Of a DNA stretch of 43,654 nt, positions 16,903 through 27,271 are shown one piece after another. Under the pieces are notes generated by a model. The model saw nothing but the letters and a program-made list of their open reading frames with translations, was not told the DNA's origin and made no database searches. The translations under genes were made by a program, and so were the position numbers. Each line of letters opens with the position of its first letter. The first letter of the stretch is position 1. The DNA comes from Francisella sp. (GTDB lineage: Bacteria > Pseudomonadota > Gammaproteobacteria > Francisellales > Francisellaceae): NCBI GenBank assembly GCA_047609165.1, contig JBLFYO010000001.1, positions 1 through 43,654 on the forward strand, written 5' to 3'.

Positions 16903-18363
16903 TTACACCTTATGAAGACCTTTAAATACTTTATTTATTTTCTTAGAGATTAAGAAAAAAATGATAGTTAGTATAGTAGCAATAATTGCTAAACAAATAA
17001 ATATGTTTGAATACATTTGGTTTGTGCCTAAGGCAGTGATTTGTGAGGAATGAATCTTATTACTGATTGCATAGTTTGAGATGGGACCAGATATCACGAT
17101 ACCAACAGCTATGTTTACAAACATATATCCTGTAAACATACCTTGATGAATAGGTTTGATTAAGTCACCAACTAAAGCGTAGCTTGTTGCGTTTACATGT
17201 ATTTCGCCAGCAGCTACCACTATAAGTAGTAAAATTGGGAATATTACATTAACAGTGCCAGTATCTTTATTTGCAAGTAATATACCTAAAGGGATCATTA
17301 GAAATGCTACGATATATAAACTTATTCCTCGAGTAATCAAGCTTCCAGGGGATATGGTAGTGCCATTTTCTAGTCTTTTTTTAGTAAAAATAGCCAGCAA
17401 AAACCCAAATACAATTACGCCTAGAGTTTCAAACACATTGACTGTAGCTGGTTCCATTGTAATCCCAAAAAGAGATTTGTTTGTGTTATATTCTACAAAA
17501 TTCTCTAAGGCAGAGCTTTGCATACCTTGTACAAAAGCAAAAATCATACAAGCCGAACTTAGTATCATAAATGCAAATATTCGTTCACGATACTCGGGAG
17601 TTTGTTTTAAAGCTAGATAAATTAGGTATGCAACAACGATTATAAAGACACTTATAACCAAAAAGCTACCAAACTCAGGATGTTTTATTAAAAATACTGA
17701 GAAGATGAAGCATACTAAAATCACACAAGGAGCAGTGAAATATCGAGCTACTGAGTTTGAAAACTGATTGTGAAAAAATGTATTTTTGTCTTCTACATTT
17801 TTGAAGTTAAGTAAATGAAGAACTATACTAATAGCTAAGCAAGCAGCAGCCGTATAAAAGGCAATAGTATATGCACCGTAGCTTTGTATAATTCCTGATA
17901 GTAAGAAACTTCCTGCAAAACCTATGTTCATGCAACTATAGTTTATTGAAAAGGCTACTCTTCTATTATGGTCTTTTGATTTGAAAAGTTGAGTTAACAT
18001 CATATTTATACAACTAACATTTAAGCCGGCACCAGTTATAAATAATGCCATTCCATAAATTATAATTGTTTGATTATGCTCGGCAATCATAAACATACTT
18101 ATAACTTGTAATGATAGGCTGATTAAAAACAAACCTCTAAAACTAAAGAATTTGCCACCTAATGTACCACCTAGAAAATGAAGTAGGAAGTTAAGGGCAA
18201 AAAAGCTAGCTGTAAGAGTGTTGGCTTCTGTTTTGGTAAAACCACCATGATCTGTTAGATAAAAATTTAGCAATCCCATTAGTACGGCATAGCCGACAGT
18301 TGAGAAAATTTGAATTATATTTATTTGAAAAACACCTTTAGGCATTTCTTTGTAATTTACCAT
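16903..18363 (-). CDS. Proton-dependent oligopeptide (POT/PTR, MFS) transporter
   Basis: 486 aa with many transmembrane segments; RRVAFSINYSCMNIG resembles the PTR FxxxYxxxNxG motif. Confidence 0.8.
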   Translation of the reverse strand: MVNYKEMPKGVFQINIIQIFSTVGYAVLMGLLNFYLTDHGGFTKTEANTLTASFFALNFLLHFLGGTLGGKFFSFRGLFLISLSLQVISMFMIAEHNQTIIIYGMALFITGAGLNVSCINMMLTQLFKSKDHNRRVAFSINYSCMNIGFAGSFLLSGIIQSYGAYTIAFYTAAACLAISIVLHLLNFKNVEDKNTFFHNQFSNSVARYFTAPCVILVCFIFSVFLIKHPEFGSFLVISVFIIVVAYLIYLALKQTPEYRERIFAFMILSSACMIFAFVQGMQSSALENFVEYNTNKSLFGITMEPATVNVFETLGVIVFGFLLAIFTKKRLENGTTISPGSLITRGISLYIVAFLMIPLGILLANKDTGTVNVIFPILLLIVVAAGEIHVNATSYALVGDLIKPIHQGMFTGYMFVNIAVGIVISGPISNYAISNKIHSSQITALGTNQMYSNIFICLAIIATILTIIFFLISKKINKVFKGLHKV

Positions 18364-18447
18364 ACTATTATTATGCTAATAAATATTGAGAATATCCAGT
18401 ATAATATAAAAACAGTTATTTATACAAGATGATAATTACAATTGAAC

Positions 18448-19098
18448 ATGAAAAATATAATTTTTGACTTCGACTCAACCCTTATAAAAAAAGAATCTTT
18501 GGAGCTAATCTTAGAACAATTGCTTAAAGATAGACCAGAGAAATTACAGGAAATAGAAACAATTACAAACCTTGGAATGCAGGGGGATTTGAGCTTTAGA
18601 GACTCTCTAGAGCAAAGACTAGCTATAGCAAGTCCAACTAAAGCCAGTATTGAAGCATTTACTAAAGAGTATTGCCCTAGCTTATTTACAAGAGGTATCC
18701 AAGACTTTGTGAATGAGCTTCAACATAAAGGTTATAAAATCTGGATATTTAGTGGAGGCTTGACAGAAAGTATAGCTCCGTTTGCAAAAGCTTTGAAAAT
18801 ATCGCGTAAGAATATCTATGCAGTAGAAGTTGATTGGAATGATGACGGTAGTTTTAAATCCTTAAATAATACCAATGGTGCTTGTGATTCTAAACTTGCG
18901 GCTTTTGAAAAAGCTAAAGAGTTATTGCAAGGTGAAGTTATCACCGTGGGTGATGGGTTTACAGATTATCAGTTATTTGAAGCAGGTTTTGTAGATAAGT
19001 TTATCGCTTATACTGAGCATGTAGAGCGAGCAAGTGTAGTTGAGAAAGCAGAAAGCATCGCTATGGATGTAGGTGTGTTAAGGTATATATTAAAGTAA
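18448..19098 (+). CDS. serB: HAD-IB phosphoserine phosphatase-like hydrolase
   Basis: IFDFDSTL motif I, FSGG motif II and VGDGFTD motif IV. Confidence 0.8.
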   Translation: MKNIIFDFDSTLIKKESLELILEQLLKDRPEKLQEIETITNLGMQGDLSFRDSLEQRLAIASPTKASIEAFTKEYCPSLFTRGIQDFVNELQHKGYKIWIFSGGLTESIAPFAKALKISRKNIYAVEVDWNDDGSFKSLNNTNGACDSKLAAFEKAKELLQGEVITVGDGFTDYQLFEAGFVDKFIAYTEHVERASVVEKAESIAMDVGVLRYILK

Positions 19099-19113
19099 TT
19101 GGGTTTAAATTTT

Positions 19114-20520
19114 ATGAAACAAAAAGTAACAATATTTGGTTTGCTAGTGATAGTTGTTTTATCATCAGTATATTGCTACTATGCAAAAAGTAATGCTGTG
19201 GAGCTGATTGTAACCAATAAAACTATTAATATTGATGGTAAAAATGTTGAAGTTAATACCGTTGTACAGCCAGATGGTACTTGGGGGTATTATGGTACAG
19301 TGGGTGATGATTTTGATGTAAAAGTTAAAAATAATCTAAAAGAGCCAACAGTGTTGCATTGGCATGGATTATTGTTGCCAAACAAATATGATGGTACGGA
19401 GCTTAATCAGCCATATATAAAGCCAAACAATTCTTATGACTATAAATTTAAATTGACTCATAGTGGTACATTTTGGATGCATTCACACTACGGGTTTCAA
19501 GAGCAAAATTTTGTAGAAGCACCACTGATTATTTATCCAAAAGGTTATGATGCTAGCAATGATGTAGTTGTTATGTTTCAAGATTTTAGCTTTAAAAAAC
19601 CAGAAGACATTATGCATGGATTAAAGCATGGTAATGGCAGTAATCATGATATGCACGATATGCATAATATGGATATGAGTATGCCAATGGATAAGGGTAT
19701 GAAGCCAGACTTAAATGATGTTTCTTATGATGCTTTTCTCACTAACTATAAAACAGTAAAGAATCCTGAGATAAGGAAAGTTATAATAGGTCAAAAATAC
19801 CGTTTGAGATTTATAAATGGCTCATCATCGACTAATTTTTGGATAAATTTAGGAGCATTAAACGGGACAGTTATAGCTGTTGATGGTCATGATATTAAAC
19901 CTTTTGATGGTAATAAATTTCAGCTTGCTATAGCTCAAAGAATGGATGTGGAAGTCCAAATACCTAAAGATGGTATTTTCCCGATAGTAGGGCAAGTTGA
20001 GGGTGAGAAGTATCAAACAGGGATTATTCTAACTACAAATGACGATAAAGATCTGATTCTTTCTAAGAAAGCCCAAACTGACTCAAAGGCTTTTAGCTAT
20101 GCTCAATTAGAAAAACTACACCCTAAAAAAGATGACTTAAAATTAGGAAGTATAGAAAAAACTATAGATTTGAAATTGACAGGCAATATGAAAGACTATA
20201 TTTGGCAAATCAATGGACAAACTTGGCCTGATGTCTCTCCTATCGAACTTAAATATGGTAAAACTTACGAATTTAAGATTCAAAATGAAACTGGTATGTC
20301 GCATCCTATACACATTCATGGACATGTGTTTAAAGTCGTCAAGATAAATGGCAAGTCAGTCGATGATGGTGTAATAAGAGATACCATCTATGTTGAGCCT
20401 AAATCAAGTGTGACTATAGCAATGAAAGCAGACGCAAAAGGTAAGTGGTTTATACATTGTCACATGCTTTATCATATGCACTCTGGTATGATGACTTTTA
20501 TTGAGACTAAAGAGAATTAA
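19114..20520 (+). CDS. Multicopper oxidase
   Basis: All four Cu motifs are present: HWHG, WMHSH, HPIHIHGH and HCHMLYHMHSGM. Also a Met/His-rich insert and a hydrophobic N-terminal signal. Confidence 0.93.
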   Translation: MKQKVTIFGLLVIVVLSSVYCYYAKSNAVELIVTNKTINIDGKNVEVNTVVQPDGTWGYYGTVGDDFDVKVKNNLKEPTVLHWHGLLLPNKYDGTELNQPYIKPNNSYDYKFKLTHSGTFWMHSHYGFQEQNFVEAPLIIYPKGYDASNDVVVMFQDFSFKKPEDIMHGLKHGNGSNHDMHDMHNMDMSMPMDKGMKPDLNDVSYDAFLTNYKTVKNPEIRKVIIGQKYRLRFINGSSSTNFWINLGALNGTVIAVDGHDIKPFDGNKFQLAIAQRMDVEVQIPKDGIFPIVGQVEGEKYQTGIILTTNDDKDLILSKKAQTDSKAFSYAQLEKLHPKKDDLKLGSIEKTIDLKLTGNMKDYIWQINGQTWPDVSPIELKYGKTYEFKIQNETGMSHPIHIHGHVFKVVKINGKSVDDGVIRDTIYVEPKSSVTIAMKADAKGKWFIHCHMLYHMHSGMMTFIETKEN

Positions 20521-20523
20521 TGT

Positions 20524-21543
20524 TTACTTATCTTTTTTGTTATTAATCACAGAATGAATATATGAGGTAGCTAATATCAAAATACCAATAGATCCACTAA
20601 ACCATTCTGGAATATGGATAAATACTTTTAGTAATAACACACTTGCTAAAAAACCAATGGCATAATGAGCACCATGCTCAAGGTATATGTATTTGCCTAG
20701 AGTTTTTTTCTCAACAAACATAATAGTCAACGATCGCACAAACATTGCACCAATCCCAAGTCCAATCATTATGACGATAATATTTGTAGTAATAGCGAAA
20801 GCACCAACAACACCATCAAAACTAAATGAGGCATCAATTATCTCAAGGTAGATAAAGCCCATAAGCCCATTACGAGCCATAGCTCCTGTATTTATTTTTG
20901 GGTTATCGAAAAACGAGTTTAGTAAGCCAATACTTTCATGGATTATAACGCCAAGCACAAATGCTATAGCTAAATTGGCCTGTATTTCAGTATTTGCATT
21001 GTAAATGACAATAAGCCCAATAATTACAGCTATTAAAATATAACCACCGTTGTACTGGCGTATTTTTCTAACTAAAAAATTATTCTCTAAAAGTGGTAGC
21101 CAATGATGACCTTCGTTATCACTCAAGAAAAAGTTTAAAAAAACCATAAGTAGAAAACTGCCACCAAAGCTACAAATATATGGCATTGCGTTCTCTAGGA
21201 TTGCTTGATACTGCTCGGGATTATTTAATGCTAAAGTGATAACTTTGCTAAAGTCGATACCACTTGAGATACTTACCAAAAGTATTGGAAACACTAACCG
21301 CATGCCAAATACAGCAATAGGCAAACCTATAAATATAAATATCTTTTGCCAAACAGGTGTCATTTCCCCAAGTATTTTTGCGTTGATGATAGCATTGTCA
21401 AAGCTTAGAGATATCTCTAGTGTAGCTAATATGAGTATAGAGTAAGTTATAGCTATGAGATTGTCTGGGTATAAAAATGCTCCTAAAAGTATTCCAACTA
21501 TAGTTACAAAAAATGATCCGTAGAAGTATTTTAAAATTTTCAC
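20524..21543 (-). CDS. DUF475 / TerC-like membrane protein
   Basis: LEISLSFDNAIINA, DASFSFDGVVGAFAIT and YLEHGAHYAI. Confidence 0.88.
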   Translation of the reverse strand: MKILKYFYGSFFVTIVGILLGAFLYPDNLIAITYSILILATLEISLSFDNAIINAKILGEMTPVWQKIFIFIGLPIAVFGMRLVFPILLVSISSGIDFSKVITLALNNPEQYQAILENAMPYICSFGGSFLLMVFLNFFLSDNEGHHWLPLLENNFLVRKIRQYNGGYILIAVIIGLIVIYNANTEIQANLAIAFVLGVIIHESIGLLNSFFDNPKINTGAMARNGLMGFIYLEIIDASFSFDGVVGAFAITTNIIVIMIGLGIGAMFVRSLTIMFVEKKTLGKYIYLEHGAHYAIGFLASVLLLKVFIHIPEWFSGSIGILILATSYIHSVINNKKDK

Positions 21544-21622
21544 AAGTTACTCAAGCTTATGTTTATAACGAGTAGATTTTAACATATAATAATAATCAAA
21601 ATCAAAAGTTTATAGGTTACAA

Positions 21623-22015
21623 ATGTCTGTTGCTCTTTTTACACTTATATGTTTAGGTATAATGTTTTTAACATGGCGTAACTTTATGAAAAATAAAGAA
21701 TATACAATCGCTATCGCTGAACGCTTAGCAAATAAACACAATATCGAAGTTCTTGATGAGACTGTTTGCTTGCGTAAAATTCGCATAAAACGAGAGGGTG
21801 GAGCAGTTTTCTATCGTGTGTATTCATTTGACTACAATACGGCTGTTAGTGATGATAGATACCGAGCGTATATAGTTCTTAGAAATGGCAAGTTTGATGA
21901 GCTGATTATGTCGGAATTTGAGAAGGCTGATTTAGAAAGAGAAAACATAGTTTCTGAGCAATATTCTGATACCAAAAGAAATCCAGCTAATAATGTTATA
22001 AATTTTGAGGAATAA
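21623..22015 (+). CDS. DUF3301-like hypothetical membrane-anchored protein
   Basis: N-terminal transmembrane segment and an LDETV...RVYSFDY..DDRY pattern. Confidence 0.65.
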   Translation: MSVALFTLICLGIMFLTWRNFMKNKEYTIAIAERLANKHNIEVLDETVCLRKIRIKREGGAVFYRVYSFDYNTAVSDDRYRAYIVLRNGKFDELIMSEFEKADLERENIVSEQYSDTKRNPANNVINFEE

Positions 22016-22017
22016 AA

Positions 22018-22719
22018 ATGATTCATTTATACCAGTTTCCTAAACTGGCCGGTAAAGATTATAGTTGTAGCCCATTTTGTGTGAAGATGGAATTGTATCT
22101 AAAGGCGATGAATTTAAGTTATGAAAATAATTTTAGCCTAGAGCTTAATAAATCACCGACAGGTAAGTTGCCATTTATAGAAGAAGCTGGTAGAAAATTT
22201 GCAGATAGTAATCTTATAATTACTCATCTGGAAAATGAAAATGGAATGTCTTTAAACGATCATATCAGTAAAGAGCAAAATTCTATCGGCAATGCTTTTA
22301 TCCGATTGTGTGAAGACAGTCTATATTGGGTGGGTGTATATGCTCGTTGGTGTGATGGTGATAATAAATCTTGGAAAAAAGAATTTATAGAGTCTGCAAA
22401 TTTGCCAAAGCTAATGTCTGGACTTGTCTATGGTGCAGCTAAGAAAAATATAACTCGTCAACTAAAGGCTAGTGGTTTATTAGCACTTGCAAATAGTGAA
22501 ATATATTCACGAGCTGAAAAAGATTTGAAGTCTATATCAGATTATCTAAACTCAAGAGAGTATTTTTTTAACGATAAAGTATCTCTAGCTGATATCGTCG
22601 TATTTAGCTTTTTACAAATAATGTCTGACGGTAGTTGTGGGCAAAAATTACAATACCTGGTGGAACAATTAGATTTTTCAAACTTTATGACAGCAATGCG
22701 TAACAATTTTATGGAATAG
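22018..22719 (+). CDS. Glutathione S-transferase family protein (metaxin/Fax-like)
   Basis: SPFCVKMELYL, SPTGKLPFIE, ADSNLII and SLADIVVFS. Confidence 0.85.
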   Translation: MIHLYQFPKLAGKDYSCSPFCVKMELYLKAMNLSYENNFSLELNKSPTGKLPFIEEAGRKFADSNLIITHLENENGMSLNDHISKEQNSIGNAFIRLCEDSLYWVGVYARWCDGDNKSWKKEFIESANLPKLMSGLVYGAAKKNITRQLKASGLLALANSEIYSRAEKDLKSISDYLNSREYFFNDKVSLADIVVFSFLQIMSDGSCGQKLQYLVEQLDFSNFMTAMRNNFME

Positions 22720-22727
22720 ACTAGCTT

Positions 22728-23831
22728 ATGGATATCAATATTCTTGAAATAAATTCAGAAATTCTAAGAAACAATATTAAAGCGATCAAAGAGCATGCAA
22801 AGACAAAATTTTGCCTACCAGTAAAGGCAAATGCTTATGGTCATGGATTGGAGCTAGTAGTTCGTAATACTAATGATATAGTAGATTTCTACGCAGTGTC
22901 TTGTGCTACAGAAGCTTTAGAAGTTTGTAAACATAGCTTTGAAGTGCCTGTGTTGGTATTTGGAGTGGTTGAGGCTACTTATGTTAGTGAGCTAATAAAA
23001 CGAGATATTAGATTTAGTATTCATAGTATTGCAGATATTGAAAAGCTTGAATACTACGCTCAAAAAAATGACAAGAAACTCAAGGCTCATATATTTGTAA
23101 ATACAGGTATGAATATGCTTGGTGTTGATTATGTAAATGCAGAGCAAACGATAGAAAATGTTTTATTCTCAAAACACATCGAATTAGAGGGTGTATATAG
23201 TCATCTAGCTTGTGCTGATGATAAGGAGAATACTTTTAATCAGTTGCAAATTGAGCGTTTTCTTAAAGTGGCAAATTTTGCCAAAGCAAAAAAAGAAACG
23301 GTAATGTGTCACCTAGCAAATTCTTATACAAGTATAGGTCAAGATGATGTTAGTTTAGATATGATTCGTCCAGGTATATTAAGTTATGGTTTTTTGCCAG
23401 AGTTTGAAGTCGATGAAAATTTGAAACAAATCAAGCCGATAGCCAAACTTAATACGCAAGTTATTAGGATTATAACATTAAGAGATATGCTCGAAGTGGG
23501 CTACTCTATAAGCTATAAAGGTAAAGCTGATGAACAGATAGCTATTTTACCAATAGGCTATGGTGATGGCTTCCCGCGACTACTTGGTAATAAAGGCTAT
23601 GTATATATCAACGATATTAGCTATCAAATTATTGGTAGGGTAAATATGGATACTATGGCGATATCTCTTGGTGGAAATAATCACGGTATAGAAATAGGAG
23701 CTATAGTCGAGGTTATATCAGATAATCCACGCAAACAAAATAGTGTAAAAAACACAGCTAAAATCCTAGGGACTATTGAGTACGATATAATCACAAGTTT
23801 AAGTAAACGCGTAGTTAGGAAGATAGTTTGA
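22728..23831 (+). CDS. alr: Alanine racemase
   Basis: PLP-lysine motif VKANAYGHG, plus RPGI, IGYGDG and GRVNMD. Confidence 0.96.
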   Translation: MDINILEINSEILRNNIKAIKEHAKTKFCLPVKANAYGHGLELVVRNTNDIVDFYAVSCATEALEVCKHSFEVPVLVFGVVEATYVSELIKRDIRFSIHSIADIEKLEYYAQKNDKKLKAHIFVNTGMNMLGVDYVNAEQTIENVLFSKHIELEGVYSHLACADDKENTFNQLQIERFLKVANFAKAKKETVMCHLANSYTSIGQDDVSLDMIRPGILSYGFLPEFEVDENLKQIKPIAKLNTQVIRIITLRDMLEVGYSISYKGKADEQIAILPIGYGDGFPRLLGNKGYVYINDISYQIIGRVNMDTMAISLGGNNHGIEIGAIVEVISDNPRKQNSVKNTAKILGTIEYDIITSLSKRVVRKIV

Positions 23832-23857
23832 TGGGGTAAAAAACTTTACTTTAGTAC

Positions 23858-23970
23858 TAAGGGACTGTCCATAAATAAGTTGAATGATTAACTTGCTTAT
23901 TTTCCGATACTTTGCGTATATAAAATATACTATAAGCACAGCTATTCTAATAAAAATCTGCCTTGTATAT
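23858..23970. mobile_element. Degenerate MITE-like fragment
   Basis: Begins TAAGGGACTGTCCATAA, whose reverse complement is at 995-1011, then ...ATACTTTGCGT...CAGCTATT...GCCTTGTAT, an internal pattern like proteobacterial MITE repeats. No right end was found. Confidence 0.45.
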
Positions 23971-24085
23971 TATGCGTTCTTTTTGCTCAAGGTTATGTTT
24001 GGTGAGTAATATCAGTTAATAATCATTTTATAAAATTATAAAAAACTGTATTATTGTAGTTAATTAAAATTATTATTTTTTCTGT

Positions 24086-24925
24086 ATGTTGCAAATATCT
24101 TTTCAAGGTGAGCATGGAGCTTATTCTGAGCAAGCAATCACAAGCTTTTTAAAATCTAATTCTATAGAAGATTACAAGACTATTCCATGTATGTCATTTT
24201 ATGATGCGATAGTGGTAACCGTCAATCAAAAAGCTGACTTTGTAGTTATACCAGTTGAGAATTCATTAGCAGGGTCAGTGATTCCAGCGTACGATGAGCT
24301 TATAAATAGCAATCTACAAGTAAGAGCAGAGATTATCCTAAAAATAGAGCATTGTCTGATGGGATTGCCAAATGTAGATGTTACAAAAATTGAGAGTGTA
24401 ATATCACACCCTCAAGCATTATCACAATGCTCAAACAACCTAAAAAAGCTAAAGCTAGAACCGCAAGTTTTTGTAGATACTGCGGGTGCTGCGAAGTATA
24501 TATTTGAAAAAAACAAATCTAATCATCTGGCAATAGCAAGCAAGCTTGCTGCAGAAACCTATGGTCTAGAAATTATAAAAGATGCGTTTGAAGATGAGCA
24601 TTTTAACTATACTCGTTTTTTAGTCATGGGTAGAGAAGAGTTTGCACAAGATTCTGCTAAAAGCAAAAAAACAACGATAATCTTCTCTGTAAAAGATGAA
24701 GCAAATGCTTTGGTAAATATTTTAAGTATATTTGGTGAGCATCAAATAAATCTTACTAAAATAGAATCAAGACCTTCGCGAGATAGGGCTTGGGATTACT
24801 TGTTCTTTATAGATTTTGAGGGCGATGAGGATGACGAAATCGTTCAGGTTGCTTTGTTGCAAATCCTTAAAAAAAGTACTTTCTTAAAGGTATTGGGTTC
24901 ATATCAATCACATCAGTTTGGATAG
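24086..24925 (+). CDS. pheA: Prephenate dehydratase (PDT + ACT domains)
   Basis: FQGEHGAYSE, PVENS, SHPQALSQC, NYTRF and NLTKIESRPS. Confidence 0.93.
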   Translation: MLQISFQGEHGAYSEQAITSFLKSNSIEDYKTIPCMSFYDAIVVTVNQKADFVVIPVENSLAGSVIPAYDELINSNLQVRAEIILKIEHCLMGLPNVDVTKIESVISHPQALSQCSNNLKKLKLEPQVFVDTAGAAKYIFEKNKSNHLAIASKLAAETYGLEIIKDAFEDEHFNYTRFLVMGREEFAQDSAKSKKTTIIFSVKDEANALVNILSIFGEHQINLTKIESRPSRDRAWDYLFFIDFEGDEDDEIVQVALLQILKKSTFLKVLGSYQSHQFG

Positions 24926-24929
24926 TAGA

Positions 24930-26504
24930 ATGAAAAAATATTTCAACATTATAATACTCTGTTTATTAAGCTTTCAAATATATGCTTATGACGATATGAC
25001 GATTTTATCTTTAAATGATTTTCATGGTCAAGTAGAAGCTAATAAAGATATGGTGGGAGCAGCCAAAATTGCTAGTTTTATTACAGAATATCGTAAAACT
25101 CACCCAAATATAATGATAGTTGCTGCAGGTGATAATTATCAAGGTACAGCTATCTCCAATATTTCACACGGTGCTGTTGTTAATGACTTTTTTGATTATA
25201 TAGGTTTGAAGTATTCGGCAGTAGGTAATCATGATTTTGATTATGGTCAGCAATGGTTTAAGTATTGGTATAATAATAGTGATGTAAGATATTTATCTGC
25301 AAACATAAGTTATAAAAATGATTCTATCTTATATGGTTTTAAGAATTGGTTTAGCGGGAGTAATATTTTGAAATATGTTAAGCCGTACGGTTACCAAACT
25401 TTTGATAATGGTAAGACGGTATATTTTATTGGACTATCGACTCTTGAGACTCCAGATACAACGGCAACGAAAAATATTTCTAATCTTAGTTTCAACAACC
25501 CTATAGCTAGTGCAAACAAGTGGGTTGGTTATATAAATGATTATCAAAGGAATGGTTTGCCCAAACCTGATGCAATAGTTTTGTTGACACATATTCCTAC
25601 AGAGCAAGAAAATTCAGTAGTCGGATATTCTAATAAAATCAAATCGTTAGATAATCAATCAGAAATTGAAAGTGTTACAGCTGAAGTTAAGGGTGCATCA
25701 GGGGTGTTTTCGGGACATAGTCATCAGTTCGTTGATGGATTTTTAAATAGTACTGCGGTTGTACAAGGTGCTAGTCAAGGCAAGGATATAAGTATATTGC
25801 ATTATGATTGTCATACAGCTGCTGATAAGTGCATAGTTACTCCAGAGGTTGTGAATCTAGCAGAAGCAACAAAAGATTTACCTGCAGATAAAAATGTTGT
25901 AAAAATAATCAGCAAATATAAAGACTCTATCAAAGATGAGCTAAATAAGGTTATTTCAAAGGCATCTGAACCATTGTCAAATCAGCCTCAAGATGGTAGC
26001 TATAACATTCCTTTAACATATACTCTAGCGGATATTCTTAAAAATATTACTTCAAGTAATGTTGCTCTGTTAAATAGCCATGGAGTTAGAAGTTCTTTAC
26101 CTAGTGGTGATATAACTTATAGTATGATTTATGGAGTTATGCCATTTGATAATATGGTTGTAACACTAGATATATCAGGCAAGAAGCTTTTAGCGTTAAT
26201 CAAGCACAGTTTGTCGTTGAAAGAAGGTGGGCAAATAGGTGTTTTTGCAGGTGCAGAAATATCTGTTGATGACAATGGTCGCATCAAGCAAGTTTTGATA
26301 AATAATAAACCTTTGAATCTTAAGAAGACTTATAAAATAGCTACCATTGATTTTTTAATCACAGGTGGAGATGGTTTTATATTTAAAGATATAAAAAATT
26401 ATAAAGATAGTAGTGTCCCAGTTAGGGAGTTTATCGTAAATTATTGGAGTACGCACCCTGTAAATATTGCTAAAGGTTGGCAAGATATAAAGATCGAAAA
26501 ATAA
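24930..26504 (+). CDS. Exported bifunctional metallophosphatase/5'-nucleotidase
   Basis: Signal peptide; NDFHG, AGD, GNHDFD and GHSH motifs; C-terminal MPFDN and DFLITGGDG. Confidence 0.9.
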   Translation: MKKYFNIIILCLLSFQIYAYDDMTILSLNDFHGQVEANKDMVGAAKIASFITEYRKTHPNIMIVAAGDNYQGTAISNISHGAVVNDFFDYIGLKYSAVGNHDFDYGQQWFKYWYNNSDVRYLSANISYKNDSILYGFKNWFSGSNILKYVKPYGYQTFDNGKTVYFIGLSTLETPDTTATKNISNLSFNNPIASANKWVGYINDYQRNGLPKPDAIVLLTHIPTEQENSVVGYSNKIKSLDNQSEIESVTAEVKGASGVFSGHSHQFVDGFLNSTAVVQGASQGKDISILHYDCHTAADKCIVTPEVVNLAEATKDLPADKNVVKIISKYKDSIKDELNKVISKASEPLSNQPQDGSYNIPLTYTLADILKNITSSNVALLNSHGVRSSLPSGDITYSMIYGVMPFDNMVVTLDISGKKLLALIKHSLSLKEGGQIGVFAGAEISVDDNGRIKQVLINNKPLNLKKTYKIATIDFLITGGDGFIFKDIKNYKDSSVPVREFIVNYWSTHPVNIAKGWQDIKIEK

Positions 26505-27172
26505 TGTTTGATAATATAAACATCACATATAAAAAGGTCAAAAATATAAAACTATCTATCTCTCGTGATGGTGAAATAAACATTACTTCGCCAATAGGGG
26601 TTTCTCAAAAAGAAATTCATAATCTACTAGAGTCAAAAAAAAAATGGATACAAAAACATCAACATAAAATATCTGCAAATCAAAAATTTAATTATGAAAA
26701 ATATAGTTTAGACCATAATAGTTATGTATATTTCTTGGGTAGAGCGTGCACCGTACAATTAGTTGAATCAAAGCAAAATATAGTTACAGAATCTGATGAT
26801 GTTGTTTCGTTTTATATTAATCAAAGTGTGATTAATAATCAGGAATTTAAACTACTTCTTTTAGAAGAGTTTTATCGTGATAGGGCAGATATTATCCTCA
26901 ATAATCTTGTAGCAAAATATCTTAAAATAACCAATCAAGAAATTGAACGAGTAACTATCAAGAAGACCAAAACTCGTTGGGGTTCGTGTAATTATGTCAA
27001 AAAAACAATCAACTTAAATTTCAATCTAGTCTTGAGAGATATCGATGCGATAGAATATGTAGTCTTGCATGAGATAGCTCATCTAACACATCCAAATCAT
27101 TCCAGAGAGTTTTATATTTATATACATAGCTATATGCCTGATTGGAAGGCTAGAGAGAAGAAGTTGAAGTAG
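26504..27172 (+). CDS. DUF45/YgjP-like zinc metallohydrolase
   Basis: KTRWGSC and YVVLHEIAHLTHPNHS (HExxH); ATG 26504 overlaps the upstream stop. Confidence 0.88.
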   Translation: MFDNINITYKKVKNIKLSISRDGEINITSPIGVSQKEIHNLLESKKKWIQKHQHKISANQKFNYEKYSLDHNSYVYFLGRACTVQLVESKQNIVTESDDVVSFYINQSVINNQEFKLLLLEEFYRDRADIILNNLVAKYLKITNQEIERVTIKKTKTRWGSCNYVKKTINLNFNLVLRDIDAIEYVVLHEIAHLTHPNHSREFYIYIHSYMPDWKAREKKLK

Positions 27173-27271
27173 AGTGAAATTTGGTGTTTCTACAATTTCA
27201 AAGTTTATATTTATTTCCACAACAAATTAGTTATAATGAGTTTGTAAACATATATATCTTTGGAGCGTATT

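Noticed and set aside
995-23874. A 23-kb composite transposon bounded by the 17-bp inverted match
   Set aside because: The enclosed genes are core housekeeping genes, no matching target duplication was seen, and the MITE body extends outward from 23858.
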